Assembly: GCA_965248695.1 (NCBI GenBank)
Contig: CBDFKD010000002.1
Span: 5,312,001 to 5,376,000, forward strand
Length of the DNA stretch: 64,000 bases
Source of the DNA: Acidobacteriota bacterium
GTDB lineage: Bacteria > Acidobacteriota > UBA890 > WLXD01
Direction: 5' to 3'
Shown: one piece after another, positions 35,928-45,105 of the stretch
How the letters are laid out: the number at the start of each line of letters is the position of its first letter
How positions within the stretch are numbered: position 1 is the first letter of the stretch
Made by a program: the position numbers and the translations under genes
Notes under the pieces: model-generated
Databases searched by the model: none
What the model saw: the letters and a program-made list of their open reading frames with translations, nothing else
What the model was told of the DNA's origin: nothing

Positions 35928-37195
35928 CCATCGCTGACGACCCGCTGGCGCGCCTCGACGATCGCACGCGCGACCTGTTGCGCCTCTGCGGTCAGTTCGC
36001 GGTCGAACGCGGTGAGCAGGCCTACCTGGTAGGCGGGCGAGTGCGCGACCTGCTGCTCGGTCGCGACTCCCACGATATCGACGTCGTGGTGGTCGGCGAC
36101 GGGATGGCTGTAGCGCAATCGCTGGCCCGGCACGCGGGGGCCGGGTTGACTCGCTATCACAGTTTCGGAACGGCACGCGTCGACCTCGACGACGGACGTT
36201 GGGTCGACTTCGCCACCAGCCGACGGGAGAGCTACGGACGTCCAGGCAAGCTGCCCGAGGTGCGCGGAGGCACCCTGCACGAAGACCTCGGGCGTCGTGA
36301 TTTCTCGATCAACGCTCTGGCTGTGTCGATCAATCCCGACCGCGCTGGCGAGCTGATCGACGAGTTCGGCGGCGCCGACGACCTCGCCGCCGGCCTCATA
36401 CGCATCCTTCACGAGGGCTCGTTTTCCGACGACGCGACGCGCATGCTGCGCGCTGTCCGTTTCTCGCAGCGCCTCGACTACGAGCTAGAAGAGGGGACCG
36501 CGCGGGCGCTCGAGGCGGGTGTGCGCGGCGGCTATCTCGATTCGATCTCGGGCGATCGTCTCCGGCGCGAGTTGCGCAAGCTGTATACCGAGGCGCCTGT
36601 CGATGGACCGCTTGCCCTCGACGCGACCGGTCTGTTGAGCGCCATACTGCCCGAGCTGGAAGCGGAGCGCGATGCACTCGAAGCGCTGGTCGCCGAGATC
36701 GAGCGCACGCCGACCGATGCGCCGGAAGAAGAAGGCTGGGCCCTTGTGCTAGCGGTCACCGCCGCGGGGTTGAATCCCCAGCAACGCTGGACTCTGGCAG
36801 ATCGACTCCGCCTGTCGCGGTCACGCCGACAGCCGCTGCTCGAGGCGGGAGTGGCGTGGAGGCGGGCGCGCCGGGCGTTGGCGGAATTGTCGAGCCCCGG
36901 CGCCCGCGCCACTGTCCTGGATGCGCTGAACCCCGAGACGCTCCGGGTAGCGATCGCGACGAACGCGGCGGGGGATGCGCCCCTAGTCGCTGCCATTCGA
37001 CGCTACCTGGATGTCGATCGAGCAGTGACCACGGTACTCGACGGCGCACGGCTGCGATCCATGGGTTGCCCACAGGGTCCGAGGGTCGGTGAGATCCTCC
37101 GATCGCTACGCGTAGCGCGGATCGACGAGCTGATCTCCGATCGAGCGGGCGAGGAGGCGCTGGTGCTCGAGCTGCTCGAGGAACGTCCAAATTGA
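35924..37195 (+). CDS. class II tRNA nucleotidyltransferase (CCA- or A-adding type, no HD domain)
   Basis: YLVGG.VRDLLLG..DIDVVV, DFATSRRESY..PGKLPEV, EDL.RRDFSINALA, SF.DD.TR.LRAVRF. Confidence 0.88.
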   Translation: MTIADDPLARLDDRTRDLLRLCGQFAVERGEQAYLVGGRVRDLLLGRDSHDIDVVVVGDGMAVAQSLARHAGAGLTRYHSFGTARVDLDDGRWVDFATSRRESYGRPGKLPEVRGGTLHEDLGRRDFSINALAVSINPDRAGELIDEFGGADDLAAGLIRILHEGSFSDDATRMLRAVRFSQRLDYELEEGTARALEAGVRGGYLDSISGDRLRRELRKLYTEAPVDGPLALDATGLLSAILPELEAERDALEALVAEIERTPTDAPEEEGWALVLAVTAAGLNPQQRWTLADRLRLSRSRRQPLLEAGVAWRRARRALAELSSPGARATVLDALNPETLRVAIATNAAGDAPLVAAIRRYLDVDRAVTTVLDGARLRSMGCPQGPRVGEILRSLRVARIDELISDRAGEEALVLELLEERPN

Positions 37196-37220
37196 CCACC
37201 TTTGGGACCCGTGTTAGCGT
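37192..37220 (+). promoter_or_regulatory. sigma70-type promoter for metK
   Basis: TTGACC-17 nt-TAGCGT with a TG extension. Confidence 0.6.
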
Positions 37221-37357
37221 CCGGAAGATCTCTTCAAATTCTCGAAGACGGCCTGTAGCTCGCCCTGCCGCGGTGCTCATCGTGGCCGAAGCCGCGTCCT
37301 GCGACCTCGCGTAACCACTCTCGACGCCTGTTCCGCGGCAGCGATCAGGGGAATCCA

Positions 37358-38512
37358 ATGGAAGACGGACGACACTATCTCCTTACCTCGGAATCGGTGA
37401 CTGAAGGACATCCCGACAAGGTCGCGGACCAGATTTCGGACGCGGTACTCGACCAGATCATGAGCAACGATCCGACCGGTCGGGTGGCTTGCGAGACCAT
37501 GGTGACGACCGGATTGGCGATCGTGGCCGGTGAGATCACGACGAACTCGTACGTCGAGATTCCGCGGATCGTGCGCCGCACAATTCGCGACATCGGGTAT
37601 ACGAGCGCCAACTACGGGTTCGACTACGCCACCTGCGGCGTGATCACCAGCATCGACGAGCAGTCACCGGACATCGCCATGGGTGTCGACCCCGGCGGCG
37701 CCGGCGATCAAGGCATGATGTTCGGCTACGCCTCCACCGAAACCCCCGAGCTCATGCCGATGCCGATCACGCTGGCGCACAAGCTTTGCCGGCGGCTTGC
37801 GGAAGTTCGCAAAGACGAGACGCTCGACTACCTGCGACCCGACGGGAAGTCGCAGGTCACCGTCGAGTACGTCGACGGCCGACCGGCCCGTGTCGACACC
37901 GTCGTCATCTCGACGCAGCATGCTGCCGATGTCGAGACGGAAGTCCTGCGCGCAGAAGTTATGGAACAGGTCATCTACCCGGTTGTTCCAGAGGAATGGC
38001 GCGACGACAAGACCGTCTACCACATCAACCCCACAGGCCGGTTCGTGACCGGCGGTCCGCAAGGTGATTGTGGCCTTACCGGGCGCAAGATCATCGTCGA
38101 TACCTATGGCGGCGTGGGCAGCCACGGTGGCGGCGCGTTCTCGGGCAAGGATTGCACCAAGGTCGATCGGACGGCCTCATATATGGCGCGCTACATTGCC
38201 AAGAATCTCGTTGCCGCCGGCGCTGCCGAACGTATCGAGCTGCAGCTCGCCTATGCGATCGGCGTCGCCGATCCGGTCTCCATCATGGTGGATGCACGCG
38301 GCACCGAGCACGTTCCCGAGGGGCGCATCGTCGAGGCGGTGCGAGCGGTGTTCCCGCTGACGCCCAAAGGGATGATCGAGCATCTGGATCTGCGACGACC
38401 GATCTACCGCAATACCGCCGCTTATGGGCATTTCGGCCGTGAAGAGATGCCCTGGGAGTCAACGGCTCTCAGCAGCGATGTGCGCGCCTTCCTCGGCCTG
38501 ACGTCAGCCTGA
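37358..38512 (+). CDS. metK: S-adenosylmethionine synthetase
   Basis: [57 protein letters not shown]. Confidence 0.97.
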   Translation: MEDGRHYLLTSESVTEGHPDKVADQISDAVLDQIMSNDPTGRVACETMVTTGLAIVAGEITTNSYVEIPRIVRRTIRDIGYTSANYGFDYATCGVITSIDEQSPDIAMGVDPGGAGDQGMMFGYASTETPELMPMPITLAHKLCRRLAEVRKDETLDYLRPDGKSQVTVEYVDGRPARVDTVVISTQHAADVETEVLRAEVMEQVIYPVVPEEWRDDKTVYHINPTGRFVTGGPQGDCGLTGRKIIVDTYGGVGSHGGGAFSGKDCTKVDRTASYMARYIAKNLVAAGAAERIELQLAYAIGVADPVSIMVDARGTEHVPEGRIVEAVRAVFPLTPKGMIEHLDLRRPIYRNTAAYGHFGREEMPWESTALSSDVRAFLGLTSA

Positions 38513-38566
38513 GCTTCAAGAGCAACGCGCGCGGCGGATCGGTTAGGCCCTGGCGAGGGCTCTCGC

Positions 38567-40942
38567 CTACGTCCGCACGCCCATGGCCTGGTAACCACCG
38601 AGCGACAGGAACATCAAGTGTGGTGCCCACGCAGCCAGGGTCGGCGGAAGCTGGCCGGCGTACCCGAGGGCGCGAAACACACCGAAGGCGATCCAGTAGA
38701 CAGCCACCAGGCCGATGGCGATCGCCACGCCGGTAAGGGCCCCCTGTCGCCCCATCCGGAAAGCGAACGGGATTCCCACGATCGTCATGACAAAGACGAT
38801 CGCCGGAGTGGCCGCCTTCATGTTGAGATCAACCAGGGCACGATGCGTTTCGTAGCCTCGCTGACGGAGTAACTCGACGTGTTGCTGGAGCTCTAGCGTG
38901 GACATCTGCTCCGGCTGACGCGGGCTCTCGCCGAAGTAAGACGGGTCGAGCTCGATGGGCAATATCGAGAAACGGAACTCCTCGAGCTCGGTAGGGGAGA
39001 GCTTGCCGAGCTCGTCCTCGGCCACGAAGTAACGTCGCCAGCCGTCGTGGCCCTCCCAGCGACCGTTGATGTATTCGGCCCGATCGGCGAACTCCATCCG
39101 CGCCAGACCACCTGGTCCGTCGTTGAGGTAGTAGACGCGCAATCCGAGGAATTGCGGTGGATCCGCAACGTAGTCGGCGAAATGGAACACGCGGCCACCA
39201 GGCGAGAAGACCCAGGTCTGATCTTGCTGCAGGCTCACCGTTCCGGTGGGGTGCATTTCCTCTTCCACGATGGCTGCCTGCTGAGCCGCCTGCGGCAGCA
39301 CGTAGTCCTGCACGCCGTATTGAGCCACCGTGAGAGCCACCGCCGGCAGCATGATCGGCAGCATCAGGCGGTACAGGCTCACGCCGCCGGCAAGCGCCGC
39401 AACCACTTCATTACGCTTCGCCATCAAGCTGAAGGTCGCCAGCACGGTGACCACCGCCGTCATCGGCAGCACGTTGAAGATGATCTCCCAGATCTGGAAC
39501 TTCATGTAGGTGGCGATCAACTCCGGGTGGGTGACGTACGAGGCTTTGTCGATCCACGTCGTGGTGGCGAATATGGTCACGAAAGCGGCGAACGTGAGCG
39601 CCCAGATGCCGGCGTAGCTGCGTAACACGTAACGGTCGAGCAGACGTGGGAACCCGGCGCCTCGACGGCGTCCGGCGCGTCGAGCAGGTCGCTTCAACAG
39701 CTGGCGCAGGCGCGGGAGCAACCGTCCACGACGCTCGATCACCGGTTGCAACCGCCGGGTGATGCCGAAATCGACCTCGCGGGTCTTCTTCCACAGCAGC
39801 AAGAGTGCCGCGAGACCCATGATCACGTTGCCGCCCCACATTCCGATCCACGGCTCGATGTTGCCGATGTCGCCCTGCTGCTCTCCGTTCTGGAGAAAGA
39901 AGTAGTAAACGACGATGACCGCGGTGCCGATCCCGAAGCCGACCGCCGTCGTCTGCCGCTGGGTGGAGATCCCGAGAGGAAGCGAGATGAGACCGAGAAT
40001 GATGCAGGCAAACGGAAAGGCATATTTCTTGTGGACCTCGACCTGTAGGTCATACGCCGGGTCACCCACCTGCTGACGTTGGTCGATCGCGAGACGAAGC
40101 TCTTCGAGCGTCATTGACCGGCCATCCTTGCCGAGCTCGCCGATCACCGAAGAGTCATCCTCCTCGGAGTAGATGAGCATCGTCTGCCGATCAAAGCGCG
40201 TCACCGTCGCCTCGAGTGGATCCTTGGCCGATCCGATCAACGTGCCGTTCTCCAGCAAGAGATACGTCTCGCGCGTCGCGTCGTCGATGCGGGGGAACCC
40301 CCGCTCGGCGCGCACGATGTTGGGGGGATCGCTGTCGGTCCGTGCGGCGAACACGCCGCGCCACTCGCGTCCGTCGTCGACGATATCCTCGATGTAGAGA
40401 ACCAGCCCGGGGAAGTCCTCGATGAACACACGCGGCTTGAACTCGCCCGAGAACGCGCGCTGGGTGATCGTTTCCCAGTTCATCTCCCGCAGGCTCGTGT
40501 TACCCCACGGAAGCGACACCATGAAGACGTAGCTCGTCAGGGCCCAGGCGATGCCGGCAAGAATCAACACCGGTGGCATCAGATGTAGGAGGCTGACCCC
40601 CGACGCCCTGAGAGCCACGATCTCGAAATCCGACGACATACGCCCGAAGGCGATAAGCCCACCGACGAGCAAACCCATCGGCAGCGTCAGCACGACGATA
40701 AACGGCAAGCTGTAGACAATCGCCCACAGCACGGTTGTGAGCTCGGCGCCGTACTGGATCCAAATCTGCGAGATGCGCAGCAAGAAGCGCATCAGCATCA
40801 GGAACGTGAACACGCCGAATCCGAGCAGCGTCGGAGGGATCATCTCCTTAATCACGTGTCGCCAGAGAATGTACGCCGGCCTCAACCGCGCCGCCGCGCG
40901 CCTCGTACCGCTGACCGGGTCCTCGCGTGCCAGCGTGTTCAT
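38567..40942 (-). CDS. lptF: fused LptF-LptG LPS export permease
   Basis: two tandem YjgP/Q units (GRMSSDFEIVALRASGVS; KRNEVVAALAGGVSLYR; LAAWAP). Confidence 0.9.
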   Translation of the reverse strand: MNTLAREDPVSGTRRAAARLRPAYILWRHVIKEMIPPTLLGFGVFTFLMLMRFLLRISQIWIQYGAELTTVLWAIVYSLPFIVVLTLPMGLLVGGLIAFGRMSSDFEIVALRASGVSLLHLMPPVLILAGIAWALTSYVFMVSLPWGNTSLREMNWETITQRAFSGEFKPRVFIEDFPGLVLYIEDIVDDGREWRGVFAARTDSDPPNIVRAERGFPRIDDATRETYLLLENGTLIGSAKDPLEATVTRFDRQTMLIYSEEDDSSVIGELGKDGRSMTLEELRLAIDQRQQVGDPAYDLQVEVHKKYAFPFACIILGLISLPLGISTQRQTTAVGFGIGTAVIVVYYFFLQNGEQQGDIGNIEPWIGMWGGNVIMGLAALLLLWKKTREVDFGITRRLQPVIERRGRLLPRLRQLLKRPARRAGRRRGAGFPRLLDRYVLRSYAGIWALTFAAFVTIFATTTWIDKASYVTHPELIATYMKFQIWEIIFNVLPMTAVVTVLATFSLMAKRNEVVAALAGGVSLYRLMLPIMLPAVALTVAQYGVQDYVLPQAAQQAAIVEEEMHPTGTVSLQQDQTWVFSPGGRVFHFADYVADPPQFLGLRVYYLNDGPGGLARMEFADRAEYINGRWEGHDGWRRYFVAEDELGKLSPTELEEFRFSILPIELDPSYFGESPRQPEQMSTLELQQHVELLRQRGYETHRALVDLNMKAATPAIVFVMTIVGIPFAFRMGRQGALTGVAIAIGLVAVYWIAFGVFRALGYAGQLPPTLAAWAPHLMFLSLGGYQAMGVRT

Positions 40943-41661
40943 CGCGCGATCTCGTAGTACCGCGCCAGTCGGTCAACGCGCACGCCGAGCGCGTACATGG
41001 CTCGCAGGACCCACATGCGTAGAATCGTGCGCCAGGGGCCCAACCGTTCCCATCGACGCGCCGAGGTCACGACGGTTGCCGGCAGGTACGCCAGCGTTCC
41101 GTGCCGCTTCAGCCGCTGCGTCAGCTCGACGTCCTCGAACAGTGGCAGGGGCGCGTAGCCACCGGCGGACTCGAACGCCTCCCGGGTGACGAACAACCCC
41201 TGATCGCCGGTTGCCACCCCGGTCAGCCTACTGCGCCAGGTGATCAGGTTTCCGACGACCCGTAGGATCCAACGCCGCGAGTCCAGACGCAGGCGAAAAA
41301 AACCGCCGATGTGTCCCGCGCTCAGCGCCTCACCGATGGCTGTTTGCCAACCGGGCGGCAGGTCGGTGTCCGCATGCAAGAACAAGAGAACCTCTCCGCC
41401 GGTGGCGGCGGCGCCAGCGTTCATCTGCATGCCGCGACCGCGCCCGGCAGCAATCCAGGGGACGTCCGCTTGGCGCAGCACCGCTCCGGTACCATCGGTG
41501 CTTTCGCCGTCGACGATCAGCAGCTCACAGTCCGGCGCGCCACACTGCGCCCTCAGGTGCCTCAACAGGTGGGGCAGGGCAGCCTCCTCGTTCCAGACCG
41601 GCACGACGACACTGAGACGCACTTGAGCTCTTGCAACGAGGGGTTTTGGTGGTCGCCTCAT
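40939..41661 (-). CDS. family 2 glycosyltransferase (TIGR04283-like)
   Basis: SVVVPVWNEE, VDGESTDGT, QMNAGA, LFLHADT, GDQGLF, EDVEL, TSARRW. Confidence 0.88.
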   Translation of the reverse strand: MRRPPKPLVARAQVRLSVVVPVWNEEAALPHLLRHLRAQCGAPDCELLIVDGESTDGTGAVLRQADVPWIAAGRGRGMQMNAGAAATGGEVLLFLHADTDLPPGWQTAIGEALSAGHIGGFFRLRLDSRRWILRVVGNLITWRSRLTGVATGDQGLFVTREAFESAGGYAPLPLFEDVELTQRLKRHGTLAYLPATVVTSARRWERLGPWRTILRMWVLRAMYALGVRVDRLARYYEIAR

Positions 41662-41816
41662 CGAGCCGACCGCAGGCTGCGACAGGGAATCAACAACAAG
41701 TCTAACTCAGCCGGTACGGGAGCCGCGCCGCCAGCGGTCCTGGTCGGCCGCTACCGATGGCGGCAGACGCTTGAATCATTAGCGGCCGTCGGGGGGCTGG
41801 GGTACCATCCGCTTCC

Positions 41817-42719
41817 ATGTTCCGCGTCGTGATCCTTGGGAGCGGTGCGTCGCTTCCTACCCTCTATCGGCAGCCCGCAGCGGTAGCTGTGCAGTTCGAG
41901 GGCGACGTCTACTTGTTCGATTGCGGCGAGGGCACTCAGCTGCAGTGGCGTCGCGCCAGCCTGCGCTTCGGACGGCTGCGGGGGATCTTCATCTCGCATC
42001 TGCATGGCGACCATTTGAACGGTCTGGTGGGTCTCCTACAGACGCTCTCCCTGAACGATCGCACAGAACCGTTGCGACTGTTCGGACCGTCAGGCATCGC
42101 CGACTACTGGGGGGCCCTGGGCCGTTTCCAAGGGGTACGCCTGGGTTACCCACTGGAGATCGTCGAGTCCGATGGCGGTGATCTGCTCGACCGCGGCAGC
42201 CACCGGATCGAGGCAGCCAGTCTGGATCACGGGCCGCCGACGCTGGGCTTCGCGCTGATCGAGGCTGACAAGCCCGGGCGCTTCGACGTGGATGCTGCCA
42301 CCGCTTTGGGAGTGGAGGCCGGGCCCTTGTTCGGTCGTCTGCAAAGCGGTCACCAGGTGCAGCTGACCGACGGCCGGCTGGTGATGCCTGACGACGTCCT
42401 GGGTCCGCCGCGTGCAGGTAGACGGGTTGCCTACTGTGTGGACACGAGACCGTGTCGGTCGGCGGTCGACCTGGCCCGCGATGCGACGTTGTTCCTCTGC
42501 GACTCGACCTTCGGCGACGAGCTCGAGGACGAAGCACGCGGGCGCGGGCACTGCACCGCTGCGCAGGCGGCGCAAATGGCCGTCGAGGCCGGTGCGCAGC
42601 GTCTGGTGCTGACCCATGTGTCCGCGCGCTATCACGATGCGCGACCACTGCTGGCGGAGGCGGAGGCCGTATTCGCGCAAACGGCGATTGCCTCCGATCT
42701 CATGGAGATCCACTTGTGA
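41817..42719 (+). CDS. rnz: ribonuclease Z
   Basis: LGSGASLPT, FDCGEGTQ, SHLHGDH, GP-rich exosite arm (GVEAGPLFGRL), DTRP, LTHVSARY. Confidence 0.92.
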   Translation: MFRVVILGSGASLPTLYRQPAAVAVQFEGDVYLFDCGEGTQLQWRRASLRFGRLRGIFISHLHGDHLNGLVGLLQTLSLNDRTEPLRLFGPSGIADYWGALGRFQGVRLGYPLEIVESDGGDLLDRGSHRIEAASLDHGPPTLGFALIEADKPGRFDVDAATALGVEAGPLFGRLQSGHQVQLTDGRLVMPDDVLGPPRAGRRVAYCVDTRPCRSAVDLARDATLFLCDSTFGDELEDEARGRGHCTAAQAAQMAVEAGAQRLVLTHVSARYHDARPLLAEAEAVFAQTAIASDLMEIHL

Positions 42720-43234
42720 CCGACGAATCTGAGGGGACGGGGACGGCTCTATCCGGGCACGAGCCACAGACGGGCACCATGGCGGCAACGGCGGTGCACA
42801 TGACCGAGATCGTGATGCCCAACGACACCAACCCGCACGGCACCGTCAGCGGCGGTCGCGTCATGCAGCTGATCGATATCTGTGGCGCGGTCGCCGCCGT
42901 CCGGCACGCACGCCGCCAGGTAGTTACGGCGTCGTTTGACGACGTGGCCTTCGTCGCGCCGGTACCCCTGGGACATATTCTGCTTCTCGACGGGCGGGTG
43001 ACCTGTATCGGCGAGACGTCGATGGAGGTGCGCGTCGTGGTTCGTGGCGAGAACCCGATCACCGCGGCTGTGCGCCATACGACCACCGCCTATCTGACCT
43101 TCGTTGCCCTCGACGAGAACGGCACGCCGACGGAGGTTCCGGAGCTCGTTGCCGAAACCGACGAGGAACGTGCCCTGATGCTCGAGGCGACTCGGCGACG
43201 CCACGCCAGGCTGGCACGATACGATATTCCGTAG
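42716..43234 (+). CDS. acyl-CoA thioesterase (hotdog fold, YciA-like)
   Basis: VMPNDTNPHGTVSGGRVM..ID, VVTAS.D, G.TSMEV, YLTFVALDE.G.P. Confidence 0.9.
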   Translation: MTDESEGTGTALSGHEPQTGTMAATAVHMTEIVMPNDTNPHGTVSGGRVMQLIDICGAVAAVRHARRQVVTASFDDVAFVAPVPLGHILLLDGRVTCIGETSMEVRVVVRGENPITAAVRHTTTAYLTFVALDENGTPTEVPELVAETDEERALMLEATRRRHARLARYDIP

Positions 43235-43365
43235 CTGCGCCGACCCGATTCAAAGGCACTCGTGGCCTACCGGAGCCTGCTAGACTGACGCCTACTTTCG
43301 CCGCCCGGCGCCGTATCACGGCGCAACGGCGCGGCCTCCGCAACCACATTTGGAGGAGGACTGCG

Positions 43366-44142
43366 GTGCGCATCGCGGTGTGCATGAAGTCAGTGGTCGA
43401 TTCACAAGCTCGCATCGAGCTCGACGCCGACGGACGGCTCCGCAGCGAGCATCTGCGGTACGAGGTCAACGAGTACGACCTGTACGCAGTGGAGGAAGCT
43501 ATCCGGCTGGCCGAGGCAGCCGACGGTGATGTGACGGTGATCACGGTTGGCGTCGAGGCGGCGGTCCAGGGCCTTCGCAAGGGACTCGCCATGGGCGCTG
43601 CGGCCGCGATCCAGGTAGACCATGACGTGGAGCGCTTGGACGCTCACGGAACCGCGACCCTGCTGGCAGCAGCGCTGGCACCGGGAGGCTTCGACCTCGT
43701 GCTCGCCGGGGTTGAATCGGACGATCTCGGCGTTTCTCAGGTCGGTGTGCTGGTGGCCGAGAACCTCGGCTTCGCGGCCACGACGCTGGTGGTGGGGACT
43801 TCGGCCGGCGCCAGCGGAAAGATGACGGTGACACGCGAGCTCGAGGGCGGCGACCACGCGCAGGTAGAGATCGACCTGCCGGCGGTGCTCACCATCCAGA
43901 CCGGAATCAACGCGCCCCGTTATCCGAGCCTGAAGGGAATCATGGCCGCCAAGCGCAAGGAGCTACGGACGGTGACCGCCGATGATCTCGGGATAACCGC
44001 CGAGGCGTTGGCGCCACGCGTCGAGACTTTGAGCATGTCTCCTCCACCAGCCAGGGAGCACGCCCGTGTCATCGAGGGTGCCGCGGCAGAGGCAGCAACC
44101 GAGCTGGTGCGCATCTTGCGAGTCGAGGAGAAGGTGCTGTGA
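43366..44142 (+). CDS. etfB: electron transfer flavoprotein beta subunit
   Basis: NEYD.YAVEEA.RL, LAMGA, DLVLAG, VTRELEGG, PRYPSLKGIMAAK. Confidence 0.93.
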   Translation: MRIAVCMKSVVDSQARIELDADGRLRSEHLRYEVNEYDLYAVEEAIRLAEAADGDVTVITVGVEAAVQGLRKGLAMGAAAAIQVDHDVERLDAHGTATLLAAALAPGGFDLVLAGVESDDLGVSQVGVLVAENLGFAATTLVVGTSAGASGKMTVTRELEGGDHAQVEIDLPAVLTIQTGINAPRYPSLKGIMAAKRKELRTVTADDLGITAEALAPRVETLSMSPPPAREHARVIEGAAAEAATELVRILRVEEKVL

Positions 44143-45098
44143 GCCGAAGCGTCTGGATCATCGCCGAACATCAGGAAGGCACGCTCCACCGTGGCGCCGC
44201 GGAGCTGGCAGCGGCTGGTCGCAGCGTGGCTGACGAGGTCGTGGCCGTCGTGTGCGCCGGTCCCGAGGGCGGCGTCGCCGAGCAAATAGCGCCCTTCGTC
44301 GATCGTGTGTTGCTGATCGAGAGCACCGCGCTTGTCGACTATACGGCGGGCGGCTACGCGCAGGCCATCGTGCCTCTGGTGACGACGCACTCACCGGCTG
44401 CGATTCTGCTGCCGCACGCACCGCTCGGGCGCGACCTCGGGCCGATACTGGCCGCCCGCTTGTCGACCGGGATGATCAGCGATTGTCTCGCTTTGGAGTG
44501 GGATGAAGGCCTGGTGGGAACCCGATCCGTATACCGCCGGAAGCTGGTAGCACGGGAACGGGTCACAACGGCCGGCACGGCCATCGCCACGGTGCAGCGC
44601 GGAGCATTCATGCCCGCACCGGCCGGCGACGCGGCGGCCGTGGAGCGCATCGAAGCAACCGTCGACTCCTCGGCAGTGCGTACCCGCTTGGTGTCGCTTG
44701 AACACGCACCACCCAGCGAGGAGGACATTGCCGACGCCAAGATCGTTGTAGCCGGTGGCCGCGGCCTCGGAGATGCGGAGAAGTTCGGTTTGGTCCAGGA
44801 GCTGGCGAACGCCATCGGCGGGGTAATGGCCGCTTCCCGCCCGGTGGTGGATCAGGGCTGGGTCCCCCACGATCGGCAAGTGGGGTCGTCCGGTAGAACC
44901 GTGCGGCCACAGCTGTACATCGCTGTGGGGATCTCCGGCGCCATTCAACACATCGTCGGTATGCGCGAGAGCGATGTAATCGTGGCAATCAACAAGGACG
45001 CCCAGGCGCCGATCTTCGAGTACGCCAACTACGGTATCGTCGATGATCTCTTCAAGGTGGTACCGGCTTTGATCGATGCGCTGCAGACTGGCGAGTAG
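44139..45098 (+). CDS. etfA: electron transfer flavoprotein alpha subunit
   Basis: [47 protein letters not shown]. Confidence 0.94.
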   Translation: MSRSVWIIAEHQEGTLHRGAAELAAAGRSVADEVVAVVCAGPEGGVAEQIAPFVDRVLLIESTALVDYTAGGYAQAIVPLVTTHSPAAILLPHAPLGRDLGPILAARLSTGMISDCLALEWDEGLVGTRSVYRRKLVARERVTTAGTAIATVQRGAFMPAPAGDAAAVERIEATVDSSAVRTRLVSLEHAPPSEEDIADAKIVVAGGRGLGDAEKFGLVQELANAIGGVMAASRPVVDQGWVPHDRQVGSSGRTVRPQLYIAVGISGAIQHIVGMRESDVIVAINKDAQAPIFEYANYGIVDDLFKVVPALIDALQTGE

Positions 45099-45105
45099 CC
45101 GGTAG

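Noticed and set aside
37221-37357. Possible SAM riboswitch in the long metK leader
   Set aside because: I could not find SAM-I/IV core elements (ATC.AGAG...GCAACC...GTGC) or a SAM-II pattern. An Infernal search would be needed to exclude a novel motif.
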